NCBI GenBank assembly: GCA_964457545.1
Contig: CAYWEN010000003.1
Coordinates: 5,068-69,067 of the forward strand
Source of the DNA: an uncultured Desulfobacterales bacterium
GTDB lineage: Bacteria > Desulfobacterota > DSM-4660 > Desulfatiglandales > Desulfatiglandaceae
DNA: 64,000 bases
Direction of reading: 5' to 3'
In this document: piece after piece, positions 10,544 through 20,886 of the stretch
Numbering within the stretch: position 1 is the stretch's first letter
How the letters are laid out: each line of letters starts with the position of its first letter
Notes under the pieces: generated by a model
The model's database searches: none
What the model was told of the DNA's origin: nothing
Seen by the model: only the letters and a program-made list of their open reading frames with translations
Program-made: the position numbers and the translations under genes

Positions 10544-11764
10544 ATGAAAAACACAAAACTGTATATCGTAATGGTTGGTCTTCCTGCACGTGGAAAGTCC
10601 ACTATAGCCAGCAAACTTAAAGCAAACTTGTCAAAAAATTCTATAAAAACACGTATATTCAATAATGGCAACTTGCGGAGAAAATTAACTACAGAGGATA
10701 CATTTTCACCCTCGTTTTATGATCCCAGAAACAGCAAAGGTGTTGCCTTGAGAGAAAGCTTTGCGCTGACAAACATAAGACGTGCGAACAATTTTCTCAA
10801 CAAAAACGGACAGGTTGCCATTCTGGATGCCACTAATGTAAGCATAAAAAGAAGATCAATAATATGCAGAATGCTGAACAGCGATCATCCCATTTTATTC
10901 ATAGAATGTATTAATGATGATCAAAATATCCTTGAAACAAATATACTCCGAAAGGCCTCTCTCCCGGAATTTTCCCATCTTACTCAGGAAGAGGCGGTAC
11001 AAAGTTTTAAAAAGCGTATAACATACTATTCAACTATTTACACTCCTCTTAAAAACGAGCAGAATTTTATCAAATTGGATTCCCTGAACAACAAGATCAT
11101 AGAAGAAAAGATAAACACTGATATCCCTTTTTATGACAGAATAAGGGATCTGCTTGTTACTGATATAATCAAGAACCTGTTTCTGATAAGGCATGGAGAG
11201 ACCTTTTTTAACAGAGAAAACAGGATAGGAGGAGATTCTTTATTAACAGAAAACGGCATAGCCCAGGCAGAGGCTCTGGCACAATATTTTAAAAACAGGG
11301 TAATTCCTGTTATCTTTACCAGTGAGAAACAACGTACATTGCAAACAGCAAAACCAATATGTATGCTTCAAAAGAACTGTTCAATTGTTGTCCTGAAGGA
11401 ATTCAATGAAATTGACAGTGGAGTGTGCGAATGTATGACTTATAAAGAGATCAGGGAAAAGATGCCGGAGGTGTATGTCAGCAGAAAAAAGGACAAATAT
11501 AATTATATTTATCCTGGCGGAGAGGGTTATGTTTCCATGAAAGAAAGGGTAAACATGGGGATTAAGAAGGCCATATATCTGAGCAACAATTCCAAAAACA
11601 TCATGATTGTCGGTCATCAGGCCGTTAACAGAATGATCCTTGCCCATTTCCTGTACAGGCGCCAGGAAGATGTTCCATACACATACATTCCCCAGGACAA
11701 ATTTTACCATATAGTAGCTACCCAGGACAAAAAACTGTTTCAGTTAAGATCCTACGGGATTTAA
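10544..11764 (+). CDS. Bifunctional 6-phosphofructo-2-kinase / fructose-2,6-bisphosphatase-like protein
   Basis: The N-terminal P-loop LYIVMVGLPARGKST is typical of the 6PF2K domain. The C-terminal histidine-phosphatase domain has LIRHGET (RHG motif) and a later VGHQAVNR. ATG 10544 is chosen over the upstream ORF start at 10475. Confidence 0.7.
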   Translation: MKNTKLYIVMVGLPARGKSTIASKLKANLSKNSIKTRIFNNGNLRRKLTTEDTFSPSFYDPRNSKGVALRESFALTNIRRANNFLNKNGQVAILDATNVSIKRRSIICRMLNSDHPILFIECINDDQNILETNILRKASLPEFSHLTQEEAVQSFKKRITYYSTIYTPLKNEQNFIKLDSLNNKIIEEKINTDIPFYDRIRDLLVTDIIKNLFLIRHGETFFNRENRIGGDSLLTENGIAQAEALAQYFKNRVIPVIFTSEKQRTLQTAKPICMLQKNCSIVVLKEFNEIDSGVCECMTYKEIREKMPEVYVSRKKDKYNYIYPGGEGYVSMKERVNMGIKKAIYLSNNSKNIMIVGHQAVNRMILAHFLYRRQEDVPYTYIPQDKFYHIVATQDKKLFQLRSYGI

Positions 11765-11844
11765 TGAATGCAAGGGCAAGGGCTTGCAAGGCAGGCAGTA
11801 CATGGCCTGGTGTGATTTTATCGCTTTCAGCATGAAGGAATGTC

Positions 11845-13584
11845 TTACTGTGCAGCTTTTTTGGTTACCAGGACATCTTCCATTATCAGATACTGAAGGT
11901 TGGATGCAAAGAACATATTCAGGGCATCATTCGGGGTGCATACAATAGGCTCGCCCTTGCGATTCAGTGAGGTGTTCAAAACAACACCGTTGCCGGTAAG
12001 TCTTTCCAGCTCTTCAATAAGTGCATAATATCTCGGATTGGTCTTTCTGTCCACAATCTGTACCCTTAATGTGCCATCCTTATGGATAACCTCCGGGATT
12101 CTTGATTTCCATTTCTCTGCAACATCAAAGCTGAACGTCATATACGGTGCGGGATGATCGGTCTGCAGAATATCTTTGGCTAATCTGTCCAGGATGCTGG
12201 GGCAAAAAGGTCTCCATCTTTCCCTGTACTTTATCTGTTCGTTTATCTTGTCTGAAATTCCAGGTATACTGGGACAACCCAGAATACTCCTGCATCCAAG
12301 CGCCCTGGGACCAAACTCCATACGTCCCTGGAACCAGGCTACAGGGTGACCCTGGGCAAGAAGTTTTGCCCCTGCAAGGGGAATATTGTCAATCATCTCC
12401 CAAACAGGATTTTCCTTATGTGCCTTGCATGCCTGTATGCATTCTTCGGTTGTAAAGGAAGGGCCAAGATACACATGCTTCAGTCTTTCTGTTTCCATTC
12501 CTGCTTGACTGATAGCAAACGATGCGGCGCCTATTGCTGTGCCTGCATCACTGGCTGCAGGCTGGACAAAAAGTTCCCTTACATATGGAAGGGCAATAAT
12601 CTTTTGATTAAGTTTTACATTAAGGGCGCTGCCTCCCGCAAAGCATAGCCTGCCTGTTTCTTTAATTATATCAGCCAGGTAATGGTTGATGAGGCCTAAA
12701 GACACTTCTTCAAAGAGCTTTTGTATGGAGGCTGCATAATGTATGTAGGGTTCATCAACATCGTCCCCGATTCGACGCGGCCCAAGCCATTTTACAAGCT
12801 TTGGGCTGAAATAAAACCCTCTGTTTTTTTCCTTGTATCTTCTTATCCCTATGGTATTAACAAGTCTGGTATTTATCCTGATATTCCTGCCGTCAAACCG
12901 TATAAGCCTGGACAGGTCATATCTGTCCGGATCTCCATAAGGCGCCATTCCCATGACCTTGAATTCACCATCTAACATCTCAAAACCAAGATATTCTGTA
13001 ATGGCACCATATAGACCTCCAAGAGAGTCAGGATCATAAAACTCCTTTATCTTGTAAATACGACCATTTTCTCCGTACCCGAAAAAGGTGGTAGCATACT
13101 CGCCCTTGCCGTCAATGCCAACGATCGCTGTCTTGCCTTTAAAGCCGCTTAGATGATAGGCGCTGCTTGCATGTGCAAGATGATGTTCCACAGGGACAAA
13201 ACGGATATTATCCCATCTTATCCCAAGTGTTTTTAAAAGATCCTGTACCCGTTTGACATTTCTGCGATAGCGGCGGTTTCCATTGAAAATTGCTGTCAAT
13301 GCCCTGTCAGGGGCATACCAGTGCCTGTATGCATAATACCACCGTGCTGGACCGAACAGGCTTATCGGGGCATATGGAAAAGCAACCACATCCACCTGCT
13401 CAGGTGATATTCCTGCAAAATCCAGACAGAATCGTGCTGATTTGCAGGGCATCAGATTTTTTGAATGTTTTTTTCTGTTAAACCTTTCCTCTTCAGCAGC
13501 AGCAACTAATTTCCCATCAATAAACAACGCTGCAGATGGATCATGAGTTAATGCTCCTGATAAACCTAAAAATACCCTGTCCAC
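11845..13584 (-). CDS. Carbamoyltransferase, NodU/CmcH family
   Basis: 579-aa ORF with a GTG start preceded by GGAGA. The N-terminus LGLSGALTHDPSAALFIDGKLVAAAEEERFNRKKH and the overall length are typical of NodU/CmcH carbamoyltransferases. Confidence 0.75.
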   Translation of the reverse strand: MDRVFLGLSGALTHDPSAALFIDGKLVAAAEEERFNRKKHSKNLMPCKSARFCLDFAGISPEQVDVVAFPYAPISLFGPARWYYAYRHWYAPDRALTAIFNGNRRYRRNVKRVQDLLKTLGIRWDNIRFVPVEHHLAHASSAYHLSGFKGKTAIVGIDGKGEYATTFFGYGENGRIYKIKEFYDPDSLGGLYGAITEYLGFEMLDGEFKVMGMAPYGDPDRYDLSRLIRFDGRNIRINTRLVNTIGIRRYKEKNRGFYFSPKLVKWLGPRRIGDDVDEPYIHYAASIQKLFEEVSLGLINHYLADIIKETGRLCFAGGSALNVKLNQKIIALPYVRELFVQPAASDAGTAIGAASFAISQAGMETERLKHVYLGPSFTTEECIQACKAHKENPVWEMIDNIPLAGAKLLAQGHPVAWFQGRMEFGPRALGCRSILGCPSIPGISDKINEQIKYRERWRPFCPSILDRLAKDILQTDHPAPYMTFSFDVAEKWKSRIPEVIHKDGTLRVQIVDRKTNPRYYALIEELERLTGNGVVLNTSLNRKGEPIVCTPNDALNMFFASNLQYLIMEDVLVTKKAAQ

Positions 13585-13928
13585 ACAAAATTCTCCAGTC
13601 TATAGTAAAAAACACAGGATAAAACCTTTTACAGACATTTCCTTTTTAACGTGTCAGATCAGGTTAAAAGACGGGACAATCTTGATGGCAGGCACGAAGA
13701 TTGAGTGAAAGGAAAAATTATGCACAGATCTTTTGTTTTTCCAGGAGAAAGGTAAGGATTGGATCAGGAAATTGTCTGCAAGAATTTATAACAACCACCA
13801 TCAAGCAGTTCACCTGCTATAATGTGGAATGGACCGTTTCAGGGATTGTTCCCTGCAAAACAGGCCTGTCACCTCATGGAGTGGTTACAACTATTACGGA
13901 ATATGACCATTTATAAATAAAAACATAT

Positions 13929-14897
13929 TTAATGTTGGAGCAATGATTCCTTCAGTATCTTTTTTTCTCCCGCCCTCTTGAAATATTTCAGAAACTCCGA
14001 GTCTGTTGAAAGGATAAGAGAGGTATTATTGTTCATGACCTTTTTGTAAACTTCAAGAGATTGTGTAAAGGAATAGAAGTCAGGATCTCTGTTGTATGCC
14101 CGGGCATATATTGTCGCAGCCTCTGCATCAGCCTTTCCCTTGATTTCCTGGGCCTTTTCATATGCCTCTGATGTGATCCGTTTCAGTTCCTTGTTCATGT
14201 CACCTTCTATTTTAAGTGCCTCGCCATGACCCTCGGAACGGAATTTCTCCGCAATCTGTTTCCGTTCTGCTATCATTCTGGAATAGACTGATTTTCTGAC
14301 CTGTTCCACGTAGTTCAATCTTTTTATTTCCACATCAACTACCTGAATGCCAAATCCCTTTAATTTTGACTGGGCCTGTTTCAAAACCCCTTCTAATATC
14401 TTTCTTCTGCCATATTTTATCTTGGGCAGGTTTATACTTTCAACCTTGTGCCCCACAACTATATCAAAGGTATCCAGTTGGCGGTTTGTTGTCCTGACTG
14501 TTTCTATGAGCGGATAAGAACTGATAAAATTACGTACGGCAGGCCCGATTATATCGTCAAGACGGGCCTGTGCAAAAGTTTCGTTGCCAACAGTTTCAAA
14601 GAATTTCAGGGGATCCACAATTCTCCAGCGGGCAAAGGTGTCTACCCATATGTAGGTTTTGTCCAGAGTAGGTATCTGGCCGGGATCACCATCCCATTCA
14701 AGCAGATTTTTTGGAAAATAGTTGGCATGCTGGATAAGCGGCAGTTTGAAATGAAGACCAGCCTCTGTTATTGGTGAACCAATAGCCCTTCCGAACTGGG
14801 TAATAACTACCTGCTGAGTCTCATTTACTGTATATGCCGCTGAGAAGACGGTTATCAGGGCAATTGCAAGCAAGATAATGAGCAGCTTTGATTTCAT
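13929..14897 (-). CDS. hflC: Protease modulator HflC (SPFH/band-7 domain)
   Basis: 322-aa ORF with an N-terminal TM helix and an SPFH domain. It overlaps the upstream hflK by 4 bp. Confidence 0.85.
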   Translation of the reverse strand: MKSKLLIILLAIALITVFSAAYTVNETQQVVITQFGRAIGSPITEAGLHFKLPLIQHANYFPKNLLEWDGDPGQIPTLDKTYIWVDTFARWRIVDPLKFFETVGNETFAQARLDDIIGPAVRNFISSYPLIETVRTTNRQLDTFDIVVGHKVESINLPKIKYGRRKILEGVLKQAQSKLKGFGIQVVDVEIKRLNYVEQVRKSVYSRMIAERKQIAEKFRSEGHGEALKIEGDMNKELKRITSEAYEKAQEIKGKADAEAATIYARAYNRDPDFYSFTQSLEVYKKVMNNNTSLILSTDSEFLKYFKRAGEKKILKESLLQH

Positions 14898-15946
14898 TTT
14901 TTGCCTCCTTTAAGTTTTCCAAGATTCAACATTGGAAGCAAGTTTTTTTGTTCTGCATCAATAATATATTTACTGCCTATTTTTGGTATAATATCCTGCA
15001 GTGCTTCGAGATAAAGCCGTTTCAAGGTGACTTCACGTGCCTTTGAGTATGCATTGTATACAGATATAAATCTTGCTGCATCACCCTTTGCCCTGTTGAC
15101 CCTGGCCAGGGCATAACCTTCTGCTGTTCTGATTATTTTCTGAGCGTTTCCCTTGGCTGCGGGTATGGCCTTGTTGTATTGTTCCTTGGCCTGATAAATC
15201 ATTTTTTCTCTTTCCTGAATGGCCTGATTTACCTCATTGAATGATGGCTGAACCGGCTTGGGAACATTGGTCTTTTTCATTTCAATGGTTACTATTTTGA
15301 TGCCTGCATCTGCCCTGTTCAATTCTTTTTGCAAGATAGACTTGGCCTCAATTGCGATCTCTTCACGTTTGGTTATTACCTCGTTAATGCTTCTGTCTCC
15401 TACTGCCAGCCTCATACTGGATTCGGAAAGGTCCCTCAGTGTCTTCCTGACATTTCTCACTTTAAACAGAAACTTGAATGGATCGTTAATTCTGAACTGA
15501 ACGATCCATGGCACAATAGCGACATTTAAATCTCCTGTAAGCATCAGGGCCTCACTGGAATATGTCCTGCTTGGGGCATATCGTGTGACAATGGCAGCCT
15601 GTATGGTTCTAAGCCCGAATTCCTCTTTAAAAACGTGCTTGACCCTTACCTTGGTAACCTTTTCTATGCCAGCGGGAAATTTGAAGTTAAGACCGGGCTG
15701 GACTGTCCTGATGTATTTTCCGAATCTCTGAACAACTCCAACTTCATCTACAGCCACAGTGAAAAATGAGCTGGAAGCAAACAGGATTATCAAAATTACT
15801 GTTATGATGACAGGGGTCTTGCCAAAAAACTTGTTCTTGAAATCCGTAAACTTTTTAAAAATATCCTCCATATCGGGGGGAGGTATCTGCCTTTTGCCCG
15901 GTGTGTTTTTCATCTGTTTTTGTAATTTGTCCCAATCCCAAGGCAT
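14894..15946 (-). CDS. hflK: Protease modulator HflK (SPFH/band-7 domain)
   Basis: 350-aa ORF with a single TM and an SPFH domain (VDEVGVVQRFGKY, coiled-coil tail). It is translationally coupled to hflC. Confidence 0.85.
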   Translation of the reverse strand: MPWDWDKLQKQMKNTPGKRQIPPPDMEDIFKKFTDFKNKFFGKTPVIITVILIILFASSSFFTVAVDEVGVVQRFGKYIRTVQPGLNFKFPAGIEKVTKVRVKHVFKEEFGLRTIQAAIVTRYAPSRTYSSEALMLTGDLNVAIVPWIVQFRINDPFKFLFKVRNVRKTLRDLSESSMRLAVGDRSINEVITKREEIAIEAKSILQKELNRADAGIKIVTIEMKKTNVPKPVQPSFNEVNQAIQEREKMIYQAKEQYNKAIPAAKGNAQKIIRTAEGYALARVNRAKGDAARFISVYNAYSKAREVTLKRLYLEALQDIIPKIGSKYIIDAEQKNLLPMLNLGKLKGGKK

Positions 15947-16201
15947 TATAATTGCTCCATTATCTGTTTTTTATGTGCAAGCGGTTGTTTTTTTTACGAT
16001 ATGATGTTTTTACAGTATGTTCAGTTTTATTCAAAACAAGGTGAAATTTTAACCGGTGGAACATGTTTGGTATCCCGAGGATTGAATCCTCTTTTGTGGT
16101 GTCTGTTTCTGGATCCTTTGTGTAAACTGTAAAACATGTTCAGGATACAGGCAAAAGGCATGGAGGTCAAGCAAGAGTTGGTGCCAGCCACAGTCCTGAT
16201 T

Positions 16202-16230
16202 TTGACAAACCTGGAAAATATCCGTATATT
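16202..16230 (+). promoter_or_regulatory. Candidate sigma70 promoter (TTGACA-17 nt-TATATT) upstream of the DUF721 gene
   Basis: Exact TTGACA at 16202-16207, a 17-nt spacer, then TATATT at 16225-16230. This is about 110 nt upstream of the ATG at 16341. Sequence match only. Confidence 0.35.
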
Positions 16231-16340
16231 CCGGATATAATGCAGGAAGGGTGTTACGGGTTTATAATGAAAAACCGAGTTATATAGCATGGTTTCTGCA
16301 GGGAAATGATCTTTTTTGCAATCTGTCACGAGGTGCTTTC

Positions 16341-16655
16341 ATGAATAAAAAGGGTGACAAAGAAAACTTTTCCTCGTTAAGAGATATTGTATACAAGATA
16401 CTGCATGATAATGTCTTGCCTGTTAATCCTGATGATACAAGGATATGGGAGGTGTGGGACCAGGCAGTAGATTCGGATCTTTCAATGTATGCACGTCCCT
16501 TGTGGATCAAGGATGGAAAACTGAAGGTTTCTGTCAGGCATCCTATTGTTTTGCAGGAGCTGAAATTTATGGAGGCAGACATAAAAGACAGGCTTAACAG
16601 AGAAATGGGAAGAGAGGCTGTTCTCAGGATCAGTTTTTCATTGGCTGCTGAATAG
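16341..16655 (+). CDS. DUF721 (DciA-like) domain protein
   Basis: About 104 aa from ATG 16341 (SD GAGGTG). The pattern W..AV......A.P....DGKL.V.V..P....EL.F is typical of DUF721. Its 3' end overlaps the convergent methyltransferase gene by 26 bp. Confidence 0.55.
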   Translation: MNKKGDKENFSSLRDIVYKILHDNVLPVNPDDTRIWEVWDQAVDSDLSMYARPLWIKDGKLKVSVRHPIVLQELKFMEADIKDRLNREMGREAVLRISFSLAAE

Positions 16656-17346
16656 AAAAATTTCCCTGTCCGAATACAGGATGCTCTACCTTGAGACCTG
16701 CCCTTCCACCTGCAATTGCTTCTACAAGGACCATACTTGCCTCAGTTTTCAGGTCAGGGTATATGATCTGTATCCTTTTCGGTTCAAAACCAGAGTGTCT
16801 CATGCGAACAAATATGTCTGCGATACGAACAGCAGGATACACCATTGCCAACCTGCCTTTTTTGCGCAAGGCATGTTTTGCGGCAATCAGGATGTCATCC
16901 AGAGATACAAGCAGTTCATGTCTCGCTATTGCCCTGCGTGTATCAGGATTAATGCGGCCGCTTTTTACCTTTCGGTATGGAGGATTGCAGACCACCACGT
17001 CTACACTGGATCTTGCTACAGGACATGACCTGATATCTCCAAGGACAATATCCATCTTGTTGTCAAAACCGTTCAGAATGGCATTTCGCTGAGCCTGGAA
17101 TGCCAGTTCTTTCTGTATCTCAACACCAAAAACATACCTGATTTCTGACGTTAAAAGCAGGATAAGAGGGATTATTCCGCATCCAGTGCCCAGATCCAGA
17201 ACAATATCGTCCTTTTTTACCCTCACAAATTCGGACAGCAGTACTGCATCAACAGAAAATCTGTATCCATCTTTTGACTGAATAAGCCTTAAACGGCCAT
17301 TCATAAAACAGTCAAGGGTTTCATTCTGGTATGGAACCATATTCAT
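16630..17346 (-). CDS. SAM-dependent N6-adenine methyltransferase, TrmN6/YfiC-like
   Basis: 238-aa ORF with the SAM-binding motif VLDLGTGCGIIPL and the catalytic VVCNPPY motif. The fold and length match tRNA1(Val) m6A37 methyltransferase. Confidence 0.65.
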   Translation of the reverse strand: MNMVPYQNETLDCFMNGRLRLIQSKDGYRFSVDAVLLSEFVRVKKDDIVLDLGTGCGIIPLILLLTSEIRYVFGVEIQKELAFQAQRNAILNGFDNKMDIVLGDIRSCPVARSSVDVVVCNPPYRKVKSGRINPDTRRAIARHELLVSLDDILIAAKHALRKKGRLAMVYPAVRIADIFVRMRHSGFEPKRIQIIYPDLKTEASMVLVEAIAGGRAGLKVEHPVFGQGNFSIQQPMKN

Positions 17347-18707
17347 GGTACAGGTACAATTTCATCAGGATCTATTTTATTGAACACCAAACCTGTTATT
17401 ATTTTGGGATAAAAATATGTGGATTTTCTCGGCATAACAAGCGAGTTTTCTGCAATGCCTTTAACCTGGTCTATTCTGGTGGGATTAAGCAGGAAAGTCA
17501 TTTCATAATATTTTGATTTGACACTTGATACTGCTGTTTTATGGCTGCTTGTATAATGAAATATTCCCTCATTGTCCAGGTCTGTTTTGCTGAAACCAAG
17601 ACACTTTTGCAGGATAAGGCGTGACAGAATCAACACGTCAAGATCTTTAAGCACAGGATGCAGATCGTCTCCGGTGCGTTTTTTTGCATCTGGTTTCATG
17701 GTAAGCAGATATAGCTTGTCAGACATATGGGTGTAAAAGCCTATGACATGATGTGTTCGCCCCCTTATCTCCATTTCCTGTTTCAGCAAGGGCAATTGTT
17801 CCATAGGGTCAGGATCTTGTTTTGCCATAGGTATTTCAGTTATCTCAAAATCCTCATTTAGTGTTTCAAAAAAGCTGTTAAGATCAAAAGAAGAGACATG
17901 CTTTATAAGCCTGTGAGAGGGAAGAATGGTAAGTCCGTTGTCATTCAGGTTGGTCAAAAACATCATTACATATTCATATGATCTGTCAGCAGGCTTTTTG
18001 CCGTATTTGGCTCTCATAATGTCTCGGAAATTTCTTGCTGTTTCATACCGATGATGCCCGTCGGCAATAAATATTTTTTTGTCCTTCATTGCCTCAGAGA
18101 CCTTTTTGAATAGTGCTGGATTGTTATCTATGATCCACATCCTGTTGACTATACCATCTTCGGATCTGAAACATAGCTGCGGTTCAAAATCGGCGGCATG
18201 CCTGAAATTTTCCGAAACGATATCTTCGGAATCTTCATATATGCCGAATATCTGGCTGAACTGGGCATTTGCAGCCATCATCAGTTTTAACCGATCATCT
18301 TTGTGGGCAGAAAAGGTCCTTTCATGAGGAAGAACAATGCCGGAATCTTCATCTTCAATCCGGACAAGGGCAATAAAGCCCCACCTTGTACGGATTCCTT
18401 TGCCATCTCCAGGGTCGAAGGATGTGGCAACAAGATACATGGCAGGTTCCTTTGCCCGTATCAGCACGTCTTCAGACTGCCACCTGTGAAAAAAATCTGC
18501 TGCTCTGGTATATTTGTTGTCCCAGTCAGTATCTCCAGTCCGGCTTTTTCCAAGGATAAGACGGATTACATTATATGGATTTGCCCTGTAATAGTTTTCC
18601 GTATCCTCTTCAGATATTACGTCATAAGGAGGAGCAAATAATCCTGCAACATTATCTGTTTTGTTGAAATTGTAAGTGATGCCTCTGAAAGGGACAATAA
18701 CTGCCAT
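17343..18707 (-). CDS. DUF1015 domain-containing protein
   Basis: The N-terminus MAVIVPFRGITYN from ATG 18707, together with IADGHHRYETA, is typical of DUF1015. The listed ORF extends to 18800, but the internal start fits the family. Confidence 0.7.
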   Translation of the reverse strand: MAVIVPFRGITYNFNKTDNVAGLFAPPYDVISEEDTENYYRANPYNVIRLILGKSRTGDTDWDNKYTRAADFFHRWQSEDVLIRAKEPAMYLVATSFDPGDGKGIRTRWGFIALVRIEDEDSGIVLPHERTFSAHKDDRLKLMMAANAQFSQIFGIYEDSEDIVSENFRHAADFEPQLCFRSEDGIVNRMWIIDNNPALFKKVSEAMKDKKIFIADGHHRYETARNFRDIMRAKYGKKPADRSYEYVMMFLTNLNDNGLTILPSHRLIKHVSSFDLNSFFETLNEDFEITEIPMAKQDPDPMEQLPLLKQEMEIRGRTHHVIGFYTHMSDKLYLLTMKPDAKKRTGDDLHPVLKDLDVLILSRLILQKCLGFSKTDLDNEGIFHYTSSHKTAVSSVKSKYYEMTFLLNPTRIDQVKGIAENSLVMPRKSTYFYPKIITGLVFNKIDPDEIVPVP

Positions 18708-19020
18708 ATTGATTATCCTCTGTCTGAAATTGACAAGCCAGTTGTTTTTTGTTCGTAAGTGCAGTCTCTTGTTTGCACATGGCCGGTGATTTCCGTGCAC
18801 AGATCAGTTCAGGAGACAGTGCAGCTTCTGTTTTTGCACCTGGCAGGTATTCAGTTTCGCTACCCGTAAGGTGGCGTAGCTATATCCAAGAGTTTTTTTG
18901 CAAATAATCTTCAGGGTATCCCGATTTTTTGTCTATGCCGGTTCAGGCTGAAATGAAAAAGTTATAATGTCTGTAAATTTCGCCGGGATTGCGAATATAT
19001 TGATTTATTGTTATCCTTGC

Positions 19021-19200
19021 ATTTCTGTTCATAAATGGCCTTTTTGTACAGTCTCTGATGTCTTCTGCGAGTTCCCTTGTATGGCATATTTATAGTAGGC
19101 CTCCGCAGAATTTATTGATTTTTTTGATCTTGTCCAAAAATTTTCATTTGTGAATTGCAAACCTGATAGTGACCAAAACCTGTTTCTGCATGGGCACTAA
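19021..19200 (-). repeat. Dispersed intergenic repeat family, full long copy (reverse orientation)
   Basis: TCTGTTCATAAATGGCCTTTTTGTACAG ... GATCTTGTCCAAAAATTTTCATTTGTGAATTGCAAACC ... CTGTTTCTGCATGGGCACTAA. The reverse complement aligns end to end with 30003..30178. Confidence 0.8.
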
Positions 19201-19501
19201 TTCATTTATGAAATAATCCATAAACATGAAACTGATATGAAATCAGGGGGAAGTTATTGCATGTGTCTGATTTTGTCCGGGTTCCATAAAGACCGGCAGT
19301 TTGGCTGCAAGGATATGTTTGCAGGATCAGGATTTGAGCCTGATCTGTCTGTCCGTTCCTTATTGTACAGGAGAAAGGCAGGCGCAGGTATCCCCCGAAA
19401 AAGATTGGTTTATGGATGAAGAAATATTGTGTTCATAATATGATATATAATAGACTGACAACTTTATGAAAACCAAGACAGCCAGTATGGGAGTATACTC
19501 T

Positions 19502-20875
19502 ATGAGAAAAAAGAAAAACAGAACAAGCCTGATATTGATTATAGTTGCCGTATTGTTAATTATATGTTCATTGAGCTGGTTTTTGTTTCAGGTCTTTGAA
19601 GGAGAAAAGCCGCAAATTATATTAGAGCCATTACCTGCCTTTGTTTCAAAACCTCAGACATTTACTCTTCATCTGATTGATAAAAAACGGGGTTTAAGAA
19701 ATTTTGCTGTTTATGTTACACAGGGAAATAAAAAAATAACTATATCGAAAAAAGATTTTCCATTCAAGGATATTATGAACAGGGAAGGCTGCCATGAGTT
19801 TGAGCTGAAGTTTTCTCTTGATCCTGAGCGCCTTGATCTTACCCAGGGTGAGGCAAGTCTTATAGTATCTGTTCGTGACTACTCAATGCGAAGCGGAGGA
19901 GACGGAAATCTTTCCGTTGTAACTCACAGGTTTATTATGGATACTGTTCCGCCGGCATTGCGGGTTATCAGCCGGTTGCATTACATAAGTGTCGGGGGAA
20001 CAGGTCTTGTTGTTTATCAGGTCTCTTCAGACACTGTAAAAAGCGGCGTCTTTGTCAGTTCTCTGTTTTTTCCCGGTTTTAAGGCTGACAAGGGATCCAA
20101 GGATGGTTTCAATGTATGTTATTTTACCATACCATATTATATCAGGCTGCCTGTAGATATTCATCTGTGGGCAAAGGACAGGGCTGACAACGAGTCCATT
20201 GGAAGATTTTATTATCGTATACGCAGACGGCCTGTTCATAAATCAAGGCTTAATATTTCCAATCGTTTTCTGAATCGTGTTCTTCCATGGTTTTCTTTTT
20301 ACAAATTTTCACCGGGATTGAGTAATGTTGAAAAATTTATAGAGATTAACAGTAAACTGAGAAAACAAAATACTGCGTTTTTTTACAGTTTGAGGACCAA
20401 AACAAGTCCGGATCAACTTTGGGACGGATCAGTCTGGCTAAGGCTGAAAAATGCTGCTACTATGGCAAGATTCGGTGACAGGCGCACTTATTATTACAAG
20501 GGGCAAAAAATAGGTTCTGCTGTCCATCTTGGAGTGGATCTTGCGTCTCTTGCCAATTCTGAGGTTCAGGCAGCAAACAATGGCCGTGTATTATTTGCCG
20601 GTCCTGTGGGGATATATGGTATGACCGTGGTTCTTGATCATGGGCAGGGCCTTGCTTCTTCGTATTCACATTTAAGTAAGATTAGTGTCAAAACGGGGCA
20701 AACCGTATCCAAAGGAGAGATAATAGCCTACACAGGTCAAACAGGTCTTGCAGGTGGAGATCATCTCCATTTCGGTGTGATGGTCAATGGTATCTTTGTA
20801 AATCCTGTAGAATGGTGGGATGCTCACTGGGTACGTGACAATATTGCAAGAAAGCTTTTGCTGATAAAAAAATAG
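19502..20875 (+). CDS. M23-family peptidoglycan metalloendopeptidase
   Basis: An N-terminal TM is followed by a C-terminal LytM domain (HLGVDLA, GQTGLAGGDHLHFGV). ATG 19502 has GGGAG 8 nt upstream; the listed ORF starts at 19466. Confidence 0.85.
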   Translation: MRKKKNRTSLILIIVAVLLIICSLSWFLFQVFEGEKPQIILEPLPAFVSKPQTFTLHLIDKKRGLRNFAVYVTQGNKKITISKKDFPFKDIMNREGCHEFELKFSLDPERLDLTQGEASLIVSVRDYSMRSGGDGNLSVVTHRFIMDTVPPALRVISRLHYISVGGTGLVVYQVSSDTVKSGVFVSSLFFPGFKADKGSKDGFNVCYFTIPYYIRLPVDIHLWAKDRADNESIGRFYYRIRRRPVHKSRLNISNRFLNRVLPWFSFYKFSPGLSNVEKFIEINSKLRKQNTAFFYSLRTKTSPDQLWDGSVWLRLKNAATMARFGDRRTYYYKGQKIGSAVHLGVDLASLANSEVQAANNGRVLFAGPVGIYGMTVVLDHGQGLASSYSHLSKISVKTGQTVSKGEIIAYTGQTGLAGGDHLHFGVMVNGIFVNPVEWWDAHWVRDNIARKLLLIKK

Positions 20876-20886
20876 GGAGGTATTGT

